Assembly (NCBI GenBank): GCA_022791775.1
Contig: JAAVZT010000003.1
Location: 38,980 to 102,979, forward strand
Source: Bacilli bacterium
Lineage (GTDB): Bacteria; Bacillota_I; Bacilli_A; RF39; UBA660
DNA length: 64,000 nucleotides
Reading direction: 5' to 3'
The notes under the pieces were generated by a model. The model did not search any database and was not told the DNA's origin. It was given only the letters and a program-made list of their open reading frames with translations. Position numbers and translations under genes: made by a program. Shown piece after piece: positions 27,391 to 35,303 of the stretch; position 1 is the first letter of the stretch; every line of letters begins with the position of its first letter.

Positions 27391-29103
27391 GTGAGTGATG
27401 AAGAAGTGAAAAATAATATTGTCAAAAAAATAAGTGTTATTTTAATAGGATTTTTAGCTTTTTTTGGAGTGAATCAAGTAAATGCAGGAATTAATTATTC
27501 AGATGGTTTAAAATGTGGTCCAGATAAAGTTGAATCAGATGGCAGAGTTTCGAAAACTTGTACATTAGGATTTACGGTTACAGAAAAAGATGCGAATTAT
27601 AACAAAATAACAGCCAAATTTACTTTGAAAAACGCAATTTTATCTAAATTTGAAGTAGAAAATGGTTGGAATATAAGCAATTCTAGCACAAATGCTTATA
27701 CATTAGAAACAGGTTCTCCTTCACTAAGTGTAGGTTATCACAAATTAGCAACCGTTGTATTTTATAAAGTAGATACAGCAGCAGAATGTACAATTACTTT
27801 TCAATATCAATTTGCTAAGATTAATCGTTCTTGTTCTATTTATCAAAATAATTATTATGGAAAAAATGGAACTATTGTAGATAAATTGACGTATCAAAAA
27901 GAATGTGAACGAAATGTTTGTACGATCCTATCTGATGGTACGAGATATGGAAAAAATGGAACCATCGTTGATGAACTAACGTACCAAAAAGAATGTGAAC
28001 AAAATGTTTGTAGGATTCTATCCGATGGCACAAGATATGGAAAAAATGGAACCATTGTAGATGAATTAACATACCAAAAAGAATGTGAACGAAATGTCTG
28101 TAAAATATTATCCGATGGTACAAGATATGGAAAAAATGGAACCATTGTTGATGAACTAACATACCAAAAAGAATGTGAGCGAAATGTCTGCAAGATATTA
28201 TCCGATGGCACCAGATATGGAAAAAATGGAACTATTGTAGATGAATTAACGTATCAAAAAGAGTGTGGAGAAAATGTCTGTAAAATATTACCAGATGGCA
28301 CCAGATATGGAAAAAATGGAACTATTGTAGATGAACTAACCTATCAAAAAGAATGTGAGCGAAATGTCTGTAGAATATTATCAGATGGGACCATCTATGG
28401 TAAAGATGGTATCATTGTCGATAAATTAACCTATCAAAAAGAATGTGAAACAAATATCTGTAAAGTATTACCAGATGGAACAAGATACGGAAAGAATGGA
28501 ACCATCGTGGATGAACTAACCTATCAAAAAGAATGTGAACGAAATGTCTGTAAAATCTTATCAGATGGTACGAGATATGGAAAAGATGGAATCATTGTGG
28601 ATGAGTTAACTTATCAAAAAGAATGTGAAAAAAATATTTGTAAAATCTTATCAGATGGGACTATTTATGGTCCAACTGGAAGCATTATTGATAAATTAAC
28701 ATACCAAAAAGAATGTGAAGAAAATTATTGTAGAATCTTAACCGATGGTACCATTTATGGAAAAGATGGACTAATTGTAGATCAAGAGACCTATGATAAA
28801 GATTGTAGTGAAAAACTTTACTGTGAAAAGATCGATGGAAATTATTATGGGAAAAATGGCGAAAAAGTATCAGAAGCGCAATATAAACTGGAATGTTTTA
28901 AACATTATTGTGAACAAATAGGAGACAAATACTTTGATAATCAAGGAAAAGAAGTTTCAAAAGCAGATTATCAAAAAGCCTGTTTAAACGAAATAGATAA
29001 TCCGCAAACTGGTTCTATGATTCCAGGTTTATACTTAGTAGCAGCAATCGCAATTGGAAGTGGCATGATCTATATTTCAAAAAAGAAAAATCGTTTCTTA
29101 TAA
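27391..29103 (+). CDS. cell-surface repeat protein: signal peptide, about eleven tandem 30-aa Cys-containing repeats and a C-terminal NPQTG cell-wall sorting signal
   Basis: Repeat unit YGKNGTIVDELTYQKECERNVCKILSDGTR. The C-terminus NPQTG + GSMIPGLYLVAAIAIGSGMIYI + SKKKNRFL is sortase-B-like (S. aureus NPQTN, B. anthracis NPKTG) followed by a hydrophobic segment and a basic tail. Confidence 0.7.
   Translation: MSDEEVKNNIVKKISVILIGFLAFFGVNQVNAGINYSDGLKCGPDKVESDGRVSKTCTLGFTVTEKDANYNKITAKFTLKNAILSKFEVENGWNISNSSTNAYTLETGSPSLSVGYHKLATVVFYKVDTAAECTITFQYQFAKINRSCSIYQNNYYGKNGTIVDKLTYQKECERNVCTILSDGTRYGKNGTIVDELTYQKECEQNVCRILSDGTRYGKNGTIVDELTYQKECERNVCKILSDGTRYGKNGTIVDELTYQKECERNVCKILSDGTRYGKNGTIVDELTYQKECGENVCKILPDGTRYGKNGTIVDELTYQKECERNVCRILSDGTIYGKDGIIVDKLTYQKECETNICKVLPDGTRYGKNGTIVDELTYQKECERNVCKILSDGTRYGKDGIIVDELTYQKECEKNICKILSDGTIYGPTGSIIDKLTYQKECEENYCRILTDGTIYGKDGLIVDQETYDKDCSEKLYCEKIDGNYYGKNGEKVSEAQYKLECFKHYCEQIGDKYFDNQGKEVSKADYQKACLNEIDNPQTGSMIPGLYLVAAIAIGSGMIYISKKKNRFL
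27856..28845 (+). repeat. tandem 90-bp coding repeats (about 11 copies, 85-95 % identical)
   Basis: The repeated DNA unit tatggaaaaaatggaac...gatggtacgaga is visible directly in the sequence. More degenerate copies continue to about 28990. Confidence 0.8.
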
Positions 29104-29107
29104 CAAA

Positions 29108-29144
29108 AAGTTAATACAAATGAAAAAAGTATTAACTTTTTTTG
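29108..29144 (+). terminator. rho-independent terminator (10-bp stem)
   Basis: aagttaatac / gtattaactt stem followed by a T-run. Confidence 0.6.
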
Positions 29145-29169
29145 TAAGTATGATATAATAAAAAAGAAT

Positions 29170-29245
29170 TGTCCTATAGCCAAGCGGTAAGGCAACGGGC
29201 TCTGACCCCGTCATTTCATTGGTTCGAATCCAATTAGGACAGCCA
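29170..29245 (+). tRNA. tRNA-Gln (anticodon CTG)
   Basis: TGTCCTA/TAGGACA acceptor, D-loop AGCCAAGCGGTAAGGC typical of Gln/Glu, anticodon loop CTCTGAC, encoded CCA. Confidence 0.8.
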
Positions 29246-29256
29246 AATAAATAAAA

Positions 29257-29279
29257 AAGCTCTCAAAAGGAGCTTTTTA
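29257..29279 (+). terminator. short terminator hairpin after tRNA-Gln
   Basis: agctc/gagct stem followed by T4. Confidence 0.35.
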
Positions 29280-29280
29280 A

Positions 29281-30540
29281 ATGGAAAGAATAAATTACTA
29301 TTTATATAAAATATTTGGTATACTAAAAGTAGGTGGAAACATGAAAAAAGTGTTAAATTTCAAAAAAGAAAATTTAAAAATTTGCTTGACTGTAATAAGT
29401 GTACTTTTAATGCTAATGGGTTTTGGCTTTTATTATTACCAAAATAATTCTGTAAATCAAGCCAAAGAATTAGAACGAAAAAGAGCGGAAAAAATAGCAG
29501 AAATCTTGCAAAAAGAAATCAATTCCTCTTTAATAGAACAAACGGAAATACAAAACACAATTATTCAAATGGTATTTCAAACAAAAGATCAAGAAAGAAA
29601 AACTTATCTAATTCGAATGCAAGATGGAGAAGAAGTAGGTTTAAAAGAATTAATTAAAGAAGAGCACATGGAAAATTTTAAAAAAAAGGTTAGAGAGTTA
29701 ATCAATTTAAAATATCCTAAATTTATTGCTGATGTTTTAAACTATGGGAATGGGACTGTATCTTACCAACTAAAAGAAAACGAATTAATTTTATATTTTT
29801 ACCAATTTATAATAAACCCGAAATTAGAAGAAGAGATAAACTTGCATGTTAATTATAACGAAATAAAAGATTACATTTCCGTTCCTGTGAAATTAGATGA
29901 TGAATATGAGGTAGAGAATGGCTATCATTATCAAAAGGATAAAAAAACAATTGCTTTAACATTTGATGATGGTCCAAATGGAAAAAGAACTCGAAAATTA
30001 TTAGAATTATTAAGTCAAAATAAAATGCACGCAACATTTTTTATGGTAGGAAATCGAATGGCTGCATCTCCGGATTTGGTAAAAGAAGTATTACAAAGCG
30101 AAAACGAAATAGGAAGTCATTCTTACAATCATAAAAATTTAAGTCGTTTACAAGTGGAAGAATTAAAAAAAGATGCAGAAAATATCAACCATATTTATGA
30201 AAGTATTACTGGCCAAAACTTACATTTATTAAGACCACCTTATGGTAGTGTAAATAATCGAATGAAAGAAAATTTAAATTACGCTTTTGTAAACTGGAAT
30301 TTAGATACAGAAGATTGGCGATATCGTGATTCAAATCATGTATATAATGCAGTGCTAAATAAAGTAGGAGATGGAGATATTATACTAATGCATGACTTAT
30401 ATGATAGCACAGTAGAAGCCGTAGAAAAATTATTGCCCGAATTATATGTACGCGGCTTTCAGGTAGTTAGTGTAACCGAGTTAGCAACCTTAAAAGGAAA
30501 AACATTAGAGCTTCATAATACATATCATTCTTTTAAATAA
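29281..30540 (+). CDS. polysaccharide deacetylase (NodB / carbohydrate esterase 4 domain) with an N-terminal TM helix and a long N-terminal extension. The likely start is the Met at 29341
   Basis: TFDDGP, HSYNH and LRPPYG NodB motifs in the C-terminal half. MKKVLNFKKENLKICLTVISVLLMLMGF is the TM anchor. Confidence 0.8.
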   Translation: MERINYYLYKIFGILKVGGNMKKVLNFKKENLKICLTVISVLLMLMGFGFYYYQNNSVNQAKELERKRAEKIAEILQKEINSSLIEQTEIQNTIIQMVFQTKDQERKTYLIRMQDGEEVGLKELIKEEHMENFKKKVRELINLKYPKFIADVLNYGNGTVSYQLKENELILYFYQFIINPKLEEEINLHVNYNEIKDYISVPVKLDDEYEVENGYHYQKDKKTIALTFDDGPNGKRTRKLLELLSQNKMHATFFMVGNRMAASPDLVKEVLQSENEIGSHSYNHKNLSRLQVEELKKDAENINHIYESITGQNLHLLRPPYGSVNNRMKENLNYAFVNWNLDTEDWRYRDSNHVYNAVLNKVGDGDIILMHDLYDSTVEAVEKLLPELYVRGFQVVSVTELATLKGKTLELHNTYHSFK

Positions 30541-30913
30541 GTTCGTCAGGTTCAGTATCAATCGTGGTACTAAAAATCTCTGTAAATAAATAAATGATAC
30601 CACCAATTAAAAACAAACAAGCTGCCACAAAATTTGCTTCTTGTAAAAATAATTGCTTTAAAGAAACGTTATTTCTAGTCTCCTTAATATGTTTGTAATT
30701 TAAATAAACAAAATATAAATAGATTAAAAAACTGACAAAAAAAATAGTAATATTAATGAAACGAAATTCTTTTCGTGATTTATCCTCGTGCTTTATAATC
30801 CAATCCCGTTCTAAGACATTAGAAATGATTGCTCCTAAAACAATAAAGGAGTAAACAATCCAAATAAAATCCTCTGTTTCCAATTCTTGCAATATTTGAG
30901 ATAGATTTGCCAT
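30533..30913 (-). CDS. hypothetical small membrane protein
   Basis: ORF with 3-4 predicted TM helices. Confidence 0.4.
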   Translation of the reverse strand: MANLSQILQELETEDFIWIVYSFIVLGAIISNVLERDWIIKHEDKSRKEFRFINITIFFVSFLIYLYFVYLNYKHIKETRNNVSLKQLFLQEANFVAACLFLIGGIIYLFTEIFSTTIDTEPDELI

Positions 30914-30999
30914 AATAAAAATATATGATATCTATGAAATAAGTATTAAATTTGATTGACTATATAAAATATATAGTGTAAAATGAAAAAGTAAGAAAT

Positions 31000-31090
31000 G
31001 GAGCAGTACTCAAGAGGCCGAAGAGGGCGCCCTGCTAAGGCGTTAGGTCGGGTAACCGGCGCGGAGGTTCAAATCCTCTCTGCTCCGCCA
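31000..31090 (+). tRNA. tRNA-Ser (anticodon GCT)
   Basis: GGAGCAG acceptor, anticodon loop CTGCTAA, long variable arm, encoded CCA. Confidence 0.85.
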
Positions 31091-31100
31091 TAAAAAAAAT

Positions 31101-31123
31101 AACCGTAAATAACGGTTTTTTTG
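31101..31123 (+). terminator. rho-independent terminator after tRNA-Ser
   Basis: aaccgt/acggtt stem followed by T7. Confidence 0.55.
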
Positions 31124-31135
31124 TTTTTCTAAAAA

Positions 31136-31447
31136 TTACCTATTCTTAAATCGTGGAATTTTTATGGCAAATTGATTTAATACTTTTATTCGAATAAAAT
31201 AGGATCCTCCTAAAAATATGAACGAAAAAATTAACAAAGAAATAGCGGAAAAATAATTCCAAATGGTGTGTTCATTTTTTAAGAAAATTTGTCCAAATAA
31301 GAAAACAGAAAACAAAATTCCTAAAATTCCAAGCCAACTAAGCCGAATTAATCTTAAATGCATTTCTTTTCCTTTGGGAGTAGAATAATACATTTTTTGG
31401 CACTCCTTTTTTTCTTCTTTTGTTAATCTTTGATACTTATTTTTCAT
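31136..31447 (-). CDS. hypothetical small membrane protein
   Basis: ORF with 2 TM helices. The N-terminal region is KE-rich. Confidence 0.4.
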   Translation of the reverse strand: MKNKYQRLTKEEKKECQKMYYSTPKGKEMHLRLIRLSWLGILGILFSVFLFGQIFLKNEHTIWNYFSAISLLIFSFIFLGGSYFIRIKVLNQFAIKIPRFKNR

Positions 31448-31639
31448 GTTATGACCTCACCGTTATTCTACCATACAAATTATGAAAAAAACAACTATTA
31501 ATACAATAAGATAGAAGATAAATATATATTTTTTAAAAAGTCATAAACAGAAATCTTATTAGAAAAAGAAATAAAAAATGTATGAAAGTATTTTCATATT
31601 CTTTTTTTTATGCTATACTAAACAAGTAATCAAATTTAT

Positions 31640-31715
31640 GGGCTGTTAGCTCAGCTGGTAGAGCAACTGACTCTTAATCAGTGGGTCTAGGGTTCGAATC
31701 CCTAACAGCCCACCA
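31640..31715 (+). tRNA. tRNA-Lys (anticodon CTT)
   Basis: GGGCTGTTAGCTCAGCTGGTAGAGC...CTCTTAA...GGTTCGAATCCCTAACAGCCCACCA. Confidence 0.85.
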
Positions 31716-31730
31716 TTTATTTGATTAAGA

Positions 31731-31749
31731 AAGCCCTTAAGGCTTTTTT
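31731..31749 (+). terminator. terminator hairpin after tRNA-Lys
   Basis: aagcc/ggctt stem followed by T-rich sequence. Confidence 0.45.
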
Positions 31750-31799
31750 ATTTTAGCATAGAAATAATAAAAACTGACATCCTATCAGTAGGAGGAAGT

Positions 31800-32993
31800 A
31801 TGAAAAAAATTTATACAATACTAATTACGATTTTAGTCGTTATACTTTTAGGTGGAAGTTTTTTTTGGTTTACAAATGCTTCCAAAGAAATAGATGAAGT
31901 TGCGATATGGGCAGAAGAACAACTAAAAACACTATCCTTAGATGAAAAAATAGGTCAAATGTTAATTATATCTGATCGAACCCCTACCATGACAGAAAAC
32001 TTATTAAATACTTTAGAAATGACCAAACCAGGTGGCTTTATTTTATTTAGCGAAAACTTTACAACTTATGAAAACACACTTCAATTGATTCAAGCGTTGG
32101 AAGAAACTGCTACAATTCCCTTAATAATGTCCATCGATCAAGAAGGTGGAAGGGTACAACGACTAAAAAATTTAATCAACCAACAAGTGACCAATTTTCC
32201 ATCAATGAATGAACTAAGTTTATTTGGAACAGAAGAAAAAGCTTATCAAGTCGGAAAAGCAATAGGGGAAGAATTACGGGTATTTGGAGTTAATGTTGAT
32301 TTTGCACCCATTTTAGATGTATTAAATACTCCAAATAATGTAATTGGTAATCGTAGCTTCGGAAATAATCCATACTTAGTTTCGAAATTTGGATTAGCAT
32401 TGGCAAAAGGATTGAAAGAAGTCGGCGTAACACCTACATACAAACATTTTCCAGGCCATGGAAGTACGAGCGAAGATTCTCATCAAGAATTACCTATAAT
32501 TGAAAAAACAATCGAGGAATTAAAATCAAATGATCTCATTCCTTTTCAAAATGCTATTGAAAATGGAGCAGAAATTATTATGGTGGGACATTTAGCTTTA
32601 CCAAAAATAACCAATGACAACGTACCTGCTTCGATTTCTTCGAAAATCATAACAGAATTATTAAAAAAAGATATGAATTATCAAGGACTTGTAATTACGG
32701 ATGCCTTAAACATGAAAGCTTTAACAAATCATTTTAGCGAAAAAGAAATTATTATAAAAGCTATTAATGCTGGAGTGGATCTACTATTAATGCCTACGGA
32801 TCCAAAAAGAACCATTAAAATTATAAAACAAGGAATTTTAGATCATGAAATAACAGAAGAGCAAATTAATGACTCTGTCAATAAAATATTACAATTTAAA
32901 AAAAGAAATATAACCAATTTAAAATTAAATCGAGAATATTTAGGAAAGAAAGAACATCAAGAACTAATAGAAAGTTTGAAAAAAAATGAGTAA
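31800..32993 (+). CDS. nagZ: glycoside hydrolase family 3 N-terminal domain protein (beta-N-acetylhexosaminidase NagZ-like), membrane-anchored
   Basis: KIGQMLII, DQEGGRVQRL and KHFPGHG motifs of GH3. N-terminal TM anchor. Confidence 0.8.
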   Translation: MKKIYTILITILVVILLGGSFFWFTNASKEIDEVAIWAEEQLKTLSLDEKIGQMLIISDRTPTMTENLLNTLEMTKPGGFILFSENFTTYENTLQLIQALEETATIPLIMSIDQEGGRVQRLKNLINQQVTNFPSMNELSLFGTEEKAYQVGKAIGEELRVFGVNVDFAPILDVLNTPNNVIGNRSFGNNPYLVSKFGLALAKGLKEVGVTPTYKHFPGHGSTSEDSHQELPIIEKTIEELKSNDLIPFQNAIENGAEIIMVGHLALPKITNDNVPASISSKIITELLKKDMNYQGLVITDALNMKALTNHFSEKEIIIKAINAGVDLLLMPTDPKRTIKIIKQGILDHEITEEQINDSVNKILQFKKRNITNLKLNREYLGKKEHQELIESLKKNE

Positions 32994-33145
32994 TATTTTG
33001 TTTTAAACCAATTTTTTATAAGTATGAGATAGAACGTTAGTTCATTTATCGTTCGATTTCTCATACTTTTTTATTTTATCTTACAGGAAAGAATATATTG
33101 CATTTATTCCAAATATTATATCGAAAGCAAAAAAGAAAATAAAAA

Positions 33146-33172
33146 AACGAACCATAACTAGTTCGTATATAA
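33146..33172 (-). terminator. terminator hairpin downstream of the minus-strand tRNA pair
   Basis: cgaac/gttcg stem. On the minus strand it is followed by a T-run. Confidence 0.4.
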
Positions 33173-33177
33173 CTTTT

Positions 33178-33254
33178 TGGTGACCCGTACGGGATTTGAA
33201 CCCATGAATGCATGCGTGAAAGGCATGTGTGTTCAACCACTTCACCAACGGGCC
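33178..33254 (-). tRNA. tRNA-Glu (anticodon TTC)
   Basis: Reverse complement GGCCCGTTGGT...CCTTTCAC...GGGTTCAAATCCCGTACGGGTCACCA, which matches the Bacillus tRNA-Glu pattern. Confidence 0.85.
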
Positions 33255-33264
33255 AATTAACAAA

Positions 33265-33341
<77 letters not shown>

Positions 33342-33453
33342 ATTATCTGTCAAGGACTATTTCATTTTATCGTATAAATATTCATTTGGCAAGTCTTTTT
33401 TTTAATTTTTACTAATATTTTTGGAAGAAAATAAAATTCAAAATAAAAAATGC

Positions 33454-34320
33454 CTAATTTAAAACAGCATTTTTAATATTATCAATAAATTCTTGCATCA
33501 AAATGAAATAATTATCATTATTTTTTCGGTTTTCATCAGATAAAGTAGTCATTGTATGCACAGTTATAATATTCGCACCATTATTTTTCATTTCGTGAAT
33601 AACATCATTAGAATCTTCTGTATTTTTCATAAATAAATATTTATAAGTGCCATTTTTAAAATCTTTTTTTAAAATATTTAGACTATTTTCTGAACTATTA
33701 TCTTCTAACGAAATAATGTGAAATCCATAATCTTCTAAAAATTTAAACATATTAGATGAGACGATTAGCGTATTTTTACCCTTATCTTGCGCATTTCTAG
33801 AAATATTTCTTAATTCTGCGTCTTGAACGGATAATGTTTCTTCTAAAGTTTTATATTTTGTATTAATTTCTTCATTAATAAATTTATTGCCAATAAAAGT
33901 CTCTAGATTATTTTTTATAGTTGAAGCAAGCATTAAAGCATTACTAGGACTTAACCATAATTCTTCCATACCATATTTATATTTTAGTCCATAAGCGACA
34001 TCAATAATTTGTAAATGGCGATTAGAATTACTAAAGTCTTTTGCGATTTGTTTTTCATCTGATAAACCATTGTAAATAAAAACGTTTCCTTTACTATATT
34101 CAGCTTTTTGCTTATCTGTAAGTTGATAAGTTAAAATATTTGCGCCATCTGGGTAAATACTATTGATTTTGGAATGAGTCCCATACAAAACTTCCGTAAA
34201 ATAACTAATTGGATATACTGTAGTATAAATAGTCGCATTATCCAAATTATTTTTTTCCAAACACCCTGATGATAGCAAAACAAGTGCCCCCAAAAAAGTT
34301 GCTAAAATAGTTTTTTTCAA
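33454..34320 (-). CDS. lipoprotein, possibly a TroA/ZnuA-like solute-binding protein (divergent)
   Basis: Lipobox LLSSGC. TTVYPISYFTEVL resembles the N-terminal strand of cluster-A-I solute-binding proteins. Metal-binding His residues are not obvious. Confidence 0.4.
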   Translation of the reverse strand: MKKTILATFLGALVLLSSGCLEKNNLDNATIYTTVYPISYFTEVLYGTHSKINSIYPDGANILTYQLTDKQKAEYSKGNVFIYNGLSDEKQIAKDFSNSNRHLQIIDVAYGLKYKYGMEELWLSPSNALMLASTIKNNLETFIGNKFINEEINTKYKTLEETLSVQDAELRNISRNAQDKGKNTLIVSSNMFKFLEDYGFHIISLEDNSSENSLNILKKDFKNGTYKYLFMKNTEDSNDVIHEMKNNGANIITVHTMTTLSDENRKNNDNYFILMQEFIDNIKNAVLN

Positions 34321-34541
34321 AATTTTTCCTCCTTTTTTGGAACCGGATCATACCCGCATGTTCCAAAGGGACGACATTTATTTATTCGCTTTAAACCCAT
34401 CCAAAAACCCTTCCAAGCACCAAAAGATTCAATCGCCTCAATCATATAATTAGAACATGTTGGCATATGACGGCAAAATTGATGAGAAGAAAAAGGGATG
34501 ATCTGATAAACTCGAATAAAAAAAATGAGAATACGTCCCAT
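34317..34541 (-). CDS. yidD: membrane protein insertion efficiency factor YidD
   Basis: YQIIPFSS...CRHMPTCSNY...GYDPVP, the YidD signature. Confidence 0.8.
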   Translation of the reverse strand: MGRILIFFIRVYQIIPFSSHQFCRHMPTCSNYMIEAIESFGAWKGFWMGLKRINKCRPFGTCGYDPVPKKEEKF

Positions 34542-34646
34542 AAAACCACCTATGAGATATTTTACTATAGAAAAAAAAAATTGTAAAATACCTTTTGCTT
34601 ATTCCGAGCTTTTTCGATATAATTATATAAGAAAAGAGGCTTAAAA

Positions 34647-35303
34647 ATGAACTTTCTAAACCAATTTAACATCAAATTTAAGGACCCAAATCTGTTAGAT
34701 CAAGCTTTAACACACAGTTCCTATTCCAATGAACACCAATGTAAGAATTATGAACGCTTAGAATTTTTAGGAGATGCTGTATTAGAATTAGCCACAAGCG
34801 ACTATTTTTATCGAATGACAACTTATAAAGAGGGCGAAATGAGCAAGATTCGTGCTTCCTTTGTATGCGAAAAAGCGTTAGCTACTTATGCCCGAAATTT
34901 AAAAATGAATGAATATATACGGGTTGGTCATGGGCAAGAGCAAAATATTAACGATACCATCATTGCTGACGTTTTTGAAGCTGTTGTTGGAGCAATTTAT
35001 TTAGATCAAGGGTATGAAGCTGCTAAAAAATATATAGATGCCATTTTAATTCCTTATATTAATTCAGGGACTTATTTTTTAGAAGATTATAAATCTGCAT
35101 TACAAGAAATGGTTCAAACTGATAAAAAATCATTAGAATATATCTTAATATCTGATAAAGGTCCCGCTCATAATAAAGAATTTGAAATGGAAGTTCGGAT
35201 TGATGGGATGGTTTATGGAACTGGAATTGGAAAAAGTAAAAAAGAGGCAGAACAAAATGCAGCTCTAAATGCCATTAAAAAAAGTGCCGGGAGAAAACTA
35301 TGA
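34647..35303 (+). CDS. rnc: ribonuclease III
   Basis: ERLEFLGDAVLEL signature plus a C-terminal dsRBD. Confidence 0.9.
   Translation: MNFLNQFNIKFKDPNLLDQALTHSSYSNEHQCKNYERLEFLGDAVLELATSDYFYRMTTYKEGEMSKIRASFVCEKALATYARNLKMNEYIRVGHGQEQNINDTIIADVFEAVVGAIYLDQGYEAAKKYIDAILIPYINSGTYFLEDYKSALQEMVQTDKKSLEYILISDKGPAHNKEFEMEVRIDGMVYGTGIGKSKKEAEQNAALNAIKKSAGRKL

Noticed and set aside
27872-28211. Minus-strand ORFs of 96 and 105 aa containing internal repeats
   Set aside because: They are antisense to the 90-bp tandem repeats of the surface-protein gene. Their repeat structure simply mirrors the sense-strand repeats.
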